DNA of 23,936 nt from an uncultured bacterium (GTDB lineage Bacteria; UBP4; UBA4092). The notes below the pieces were generated by a model, which was not told the origin of the DNA, did not search any database, and saw only the letters and a program-made list of their open reading frames with translations. Positions 21,646 to 23,936 of the stretch are shown here, one piece after another (position 1 is the first letter of the stretch; every line of letters starts with the position of its first letter). The stretch spans positions 554,869 through 578,804 of the forward strand of contig CAZXWN010000001.1 of the NCBI GenBank assembly GCA_964644695.1, read 5' to 3'. The position numbers and the translations under genes are program-made.

Positions 21646-21651
21646 ATTATA
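21646..21651 (-). promoter_or_regulatory. Candidate -10 box upstream of tyrA
   Basis: Perfect TATAAT on the minus strand 20 nt upstream of the tyrA ATG and downstream of the aroF hairpin; no convincing -35. Confidence 0.35.
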
Positions 21652-21678
21652 TAGAAATTAAGGGGTTCCCCATAAGTA

Positions 21679-21708
21679 GTGCCTTCCGAATAAAATCTCG
21701 GAAGGCAC
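21679..21708 (-). terminator. GC-rich stem-loop downstream of aroF
   Basis: GTGCCTTCCGA-N8-TCGGAAGGCAC, perfect 11-bp arms, 17 nt after the aroF stop; followed only by TACTTAT (weak U tract). Confidence 0.65.
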
Positions 21709-21725
21709 CGATATCCTAAAACAAA

Positions 21726-22739
21726 CTAGATTTCTCGCCCAATGGCTCTGGCAATCAATTGGACTTGAGATACTAAATGAGCATACTTTTCAGGTAACAA
21801 CGATTGGGCGCCATCAGACAAAGCCTTTTCAGGTTCAGGATGAACCTCAATCATTAATCCGTCAGCACCCGCAGCAACAGATGCCATGGACATGGGCTCC
21901 ACCAATCGCCAATTACCTGTCGCCTGACTTGGGTCAACAATAACTGGTAAATGACTCAGATGTTTCAATACAGGAATAGCCGATATATCTAAAGTATTAC
22001 GTGTCGCTTTTTCAAAGGTACGAATACCGCGTTCACACAGAATTACCTGATTATTACCTCGAGATAATATATACTCTGCAGCCAAGAGATATTCTTCAAC
22101 AGTGGAACTTAATCCACGTTTAAGAATAACAGGTTTCTGTAGTGTGCCCACTTCTTTCAGTAATGCATAATTATGTTGATTATGTGTTCCAATTTGAAGA
22201 ATATCGACATAGCGCGCGACAAGCTCAACATCTCGAGTATCCATGACCTCAGATACAACAGATAGGCCGGTTGCTCTTCTGGCTTCATCAAGAAGTTTTA
22301 ATCCTTCTTCACCCAGCCCCTGAAAACTATAGGGTGATGTTCTGGGTTTAAATGCTCCACCTCTTAAAACTGTGGCGCCTGCGGCCTTGACGGCGTTGGC
22401 GGTTTTCATTAATTGTTCTGGATTCTCGATTGAACAAGGTCCTGCAATCAAAACAATTTTATTACCACCAAATTCAACTTTATTTACATGGACAATAGTA
22501 TCATCGTGTTTGAATTCTCGACTCGCAAGTTTAAAAGGCTTCAGGATGGACATCACATGTTCAACGCCAGGGGTAGATTGGAATGATCGCTCACGGATTA
22601 ACCGTTCATCACCAATGACGCCCACAATAGTTCGTTCGATTCCACGAGAGATATGCGGCGTTAAACCCATCTCGCGGATTCGACTTAATAAATGGTCGAT
22701 TTGTTCTTCTGAAGCATCAGGTCGTAATACGATGATCAT
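21726..22739 (-). CDS. aroF: Type I-beta DAHP synthase homolog with N-terminal ferredoxin/ACT-like regulatory domain; atypical active site
   Basis: MIIVL...SRG.ERTIVGVIGD, IAGPCS, RGGAFKPRTSPYSFQG, LKRG, LCERGIRTFE..TRNTLD, IEVHP.PE.ALSDG. Has GTHN and DPSQ in place of GARN and DPSH. Confidence 0.9.
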   Translation of the reverse strand: MIIVLRPDASEEQIDHLLSRIREMGLTPHISRGIERTIVGVIGDERLIRERSFQSTPGVEHVMSILKPFKLASREFKHDDTIVHVNKVEFGGNKIVLIAGPCSIENPEQLMKTANAVKAAGATVLRGGAFKPRTSPYSFQGLGEEGLKLLDEARRATGLSVVSEVMDTRDVELVARYVDILQIGTHNQHNYALLKEVGTLQKPVILKRGLSSTVEEYLLAAEYILSRGNNQVILCERGIRTFEKATRNTLDISAIPVLKHLSHLPVIVDPSQATGNWRLVEPMSMASVAAGADGLMIEVHPEPEKALSDGAQSLLPEKYAHLVSQVQLIARAIGREI

Positions 22740-22754
22740 ATATACCCATTCTGA

Positions 22755-23849
22755 TCAGGATTTGATAACTTGTGCCAAACTTTCAACAAATCTCTTATTC
22801 TCTTCCATCGTTCCGATAGTAACTCTGATACAAGTGGGAAGCTTATACATACCCATGGGTCTTACAATAACACCCAGTTGAAGCATTTTTTGATAAATAT
22901 CCATACCATTTTTCAGGGTATCAATCAAAATAAAATTACCCTCAGTTTCAACATAAGGAAGCCCTAACTTAGCCATTTCAGAGTAAATATAGTTTTTACC
23001 TTCAGTATTTAAATTGGCGCATTTGACAACATAATCCTGATCATCCAATGCGGCCTCTGCGGCAAACATAGCAATCCGATTCACATTGAATGGAGTACGA
23101 ACGCGATTAAAATCAGTAATCAATTGTGCATCAGCAAACCCATATCCCACCCGTAGCCCGGCTAAACCATAAATTTTGGAAAAAGTTCTGAGAACCATTA
23201 CATTCTTACCGGCTTTCAGATAATTCAAACTCTGGGTATAATCGGGACGAGTTACAAATTCATAGTAGGCTTCATCAAAAACTACCAGCACAGAGTCTGG
23301 AATGGATTTCATGAATTCATCCGTTTCGGCCTGTGTGAGCATGGTACCCGTCGGATTGTTGGGATTACAGATAAATACAATCCGGGTCTTATCATTAATT
23401 GCCTTTTTCATTGCAGGAAGATCGTGATGATATTTATTTTTGGCGGGAACAATAACAGGTTTAGCACCCGCAGCCTGAACGGCCATTTCATACCGAACAA
23501 AAGCAAGCTCAGAAATAATAGCTTCATCACCTGGTTCGAGAATGAGTTGAGTGAGTAAACTTACTATTTCATCAGACCCATTTCCGATAGTGATTTGTTC
23601 CGGTGCAACGCCATGAATGGAGGCCAATTTTTTGCGAAGATCATAACCGCTTCCATCTGGATAATAGTTCATATCCGAAGCTTTTTCTTTGATGACCTGA
23701 ATAGCCTTGGGAGATGGACCCAGGGGATTTTCATTACTGGCCAGTTTGATAATATTTGTGATACCCAGTTCGCGTTCCAGCTCTTCCACGGGTTTTCCCG
23801 GATTATAGGGCTGAATAGGTTCAATACATTTTCGGATTCGTGTTGGCAT
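22755..23849 (-). CDS. hisC: Histidinol-phosphate aminotransferase (also aromatic aminotransferase family)
   Basis: Y.PGKP, KLASNENPLG, YPD, GNGSDE, NPNNPTG, DEAYYEF, RTFSKIYGLAGLRVGY, RVTIG. Start moved to ATG 23849 behind an AAGGAAGG RBS. Confidence 0.95.
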   Translation of the reverse strand: MPTRIRKCIEPIQPYNPGKPVEELERELGITNIIKLASNENPLGPSPKAIQVIKEKASDMNYYPDGSGYDLRKKLASIHGVAPEQITIGNGSDEIVSLLTQLILEPGDEAIISELAFVRYEMAVQAAGAKPVIVPAKNKYHHDLPAMKKAINDKTRIVFICNPNNPTGTMLTQAETDEFMKSIPDSVLVVFDEAYYEFVTRPDYTQSLNYLKAGKNVMVLRTFSKIYGLAGLRVGYGFADAQLITDFNRVRTPFNVNRIAMFAAEAALDDQDYVVKCANLNTEGKNYIYSEMAKLGLPYVETEGNFILIDTLKNGMDIYQKMLQLGVIVRPMGMYKLPTCIRVTIGTMEENKRFVESLAQVIKS

Positions 23850-23884
23850 AGAATCAGTACCTTCCTTATGGCATGATTTTCGTA

Positions 23885-23895
23885 AGTATAACACA
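23885..23895 (-). promoter_or_regulatory. Extended -10 promoter for hisC-aroF
   Basis: Minus strand TGTG-T-TATACT, 35 nt upstream of the hisC ATG; no -35 visible. Confidence 0.55.
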
Positions 23896-23936
23896 GGGAA
23901 ATAAAGGCCTGTTTACTTACTATCATAAAGGATTTG

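Noticed and set aside
21726..22739. Idea that the atypical AroF substitutes for the missing KdsA
   Set aside because: It retains the DAH7PS-specific KPRTS motif (KDO8PS has KANRS/T), the regulatory domain and the hisC/tyrA context.
22372..22881. 169-aa antisense ORF over aroF/hisC, plus the other short antisense or alternate-frame ORFs in the track
   Set aside because: Shadow frames of well-conserved genes with no recognisable motifs or RBS.
23850..23894. N-terminal extensions in the ORF track (hisC from 23894; also HU/IHF from 230, surA from 531, comF from 12607)
   Set aside because: Downstream ATGs have better RBS placement or match family N-termini; the hisC extension overlaps its own predicted promoter.

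Overview
AT-rich (roughly 35-40% GC by eye) chromosomal segment of a diderm bacterium; kdsB, a heptose kinase and a SurA-type chaperone point to an LPS outer membrane. Genes are tightly packed and mostly housekeeping. Plus strand: tail of an unknown ORF, HU/IHF, SurA-like PPIase, a probably exported cupredoxin-fold protein, and udk. Minus strand: hisC-aroF; tyrA-clpB-sirC-hemA-hemC-cobA/hemD; an FHA-FHA-Ada-Zn-finger gene plus comF; glycerate kinase; and a long run of DHS-like hypothetical-rfaE1-kdsB-pyrG-dapL-folK-panB-panC. No mobile element, CRISPR array, tRNA or rRNA was seen. Most notable: (1) a two-gene unit with its own near-consensus promoter encoding a tandem-FHA/Ada-type zinc-finger protein and ComF; (2) an AroF with two normally conserved active-site residues replaced (R186H, H272Q); (3) a cupredoxin lacking all four copper ligands and possibly frameshifted near its 3' end. 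All family assignments are from motif recognition, not database searches.
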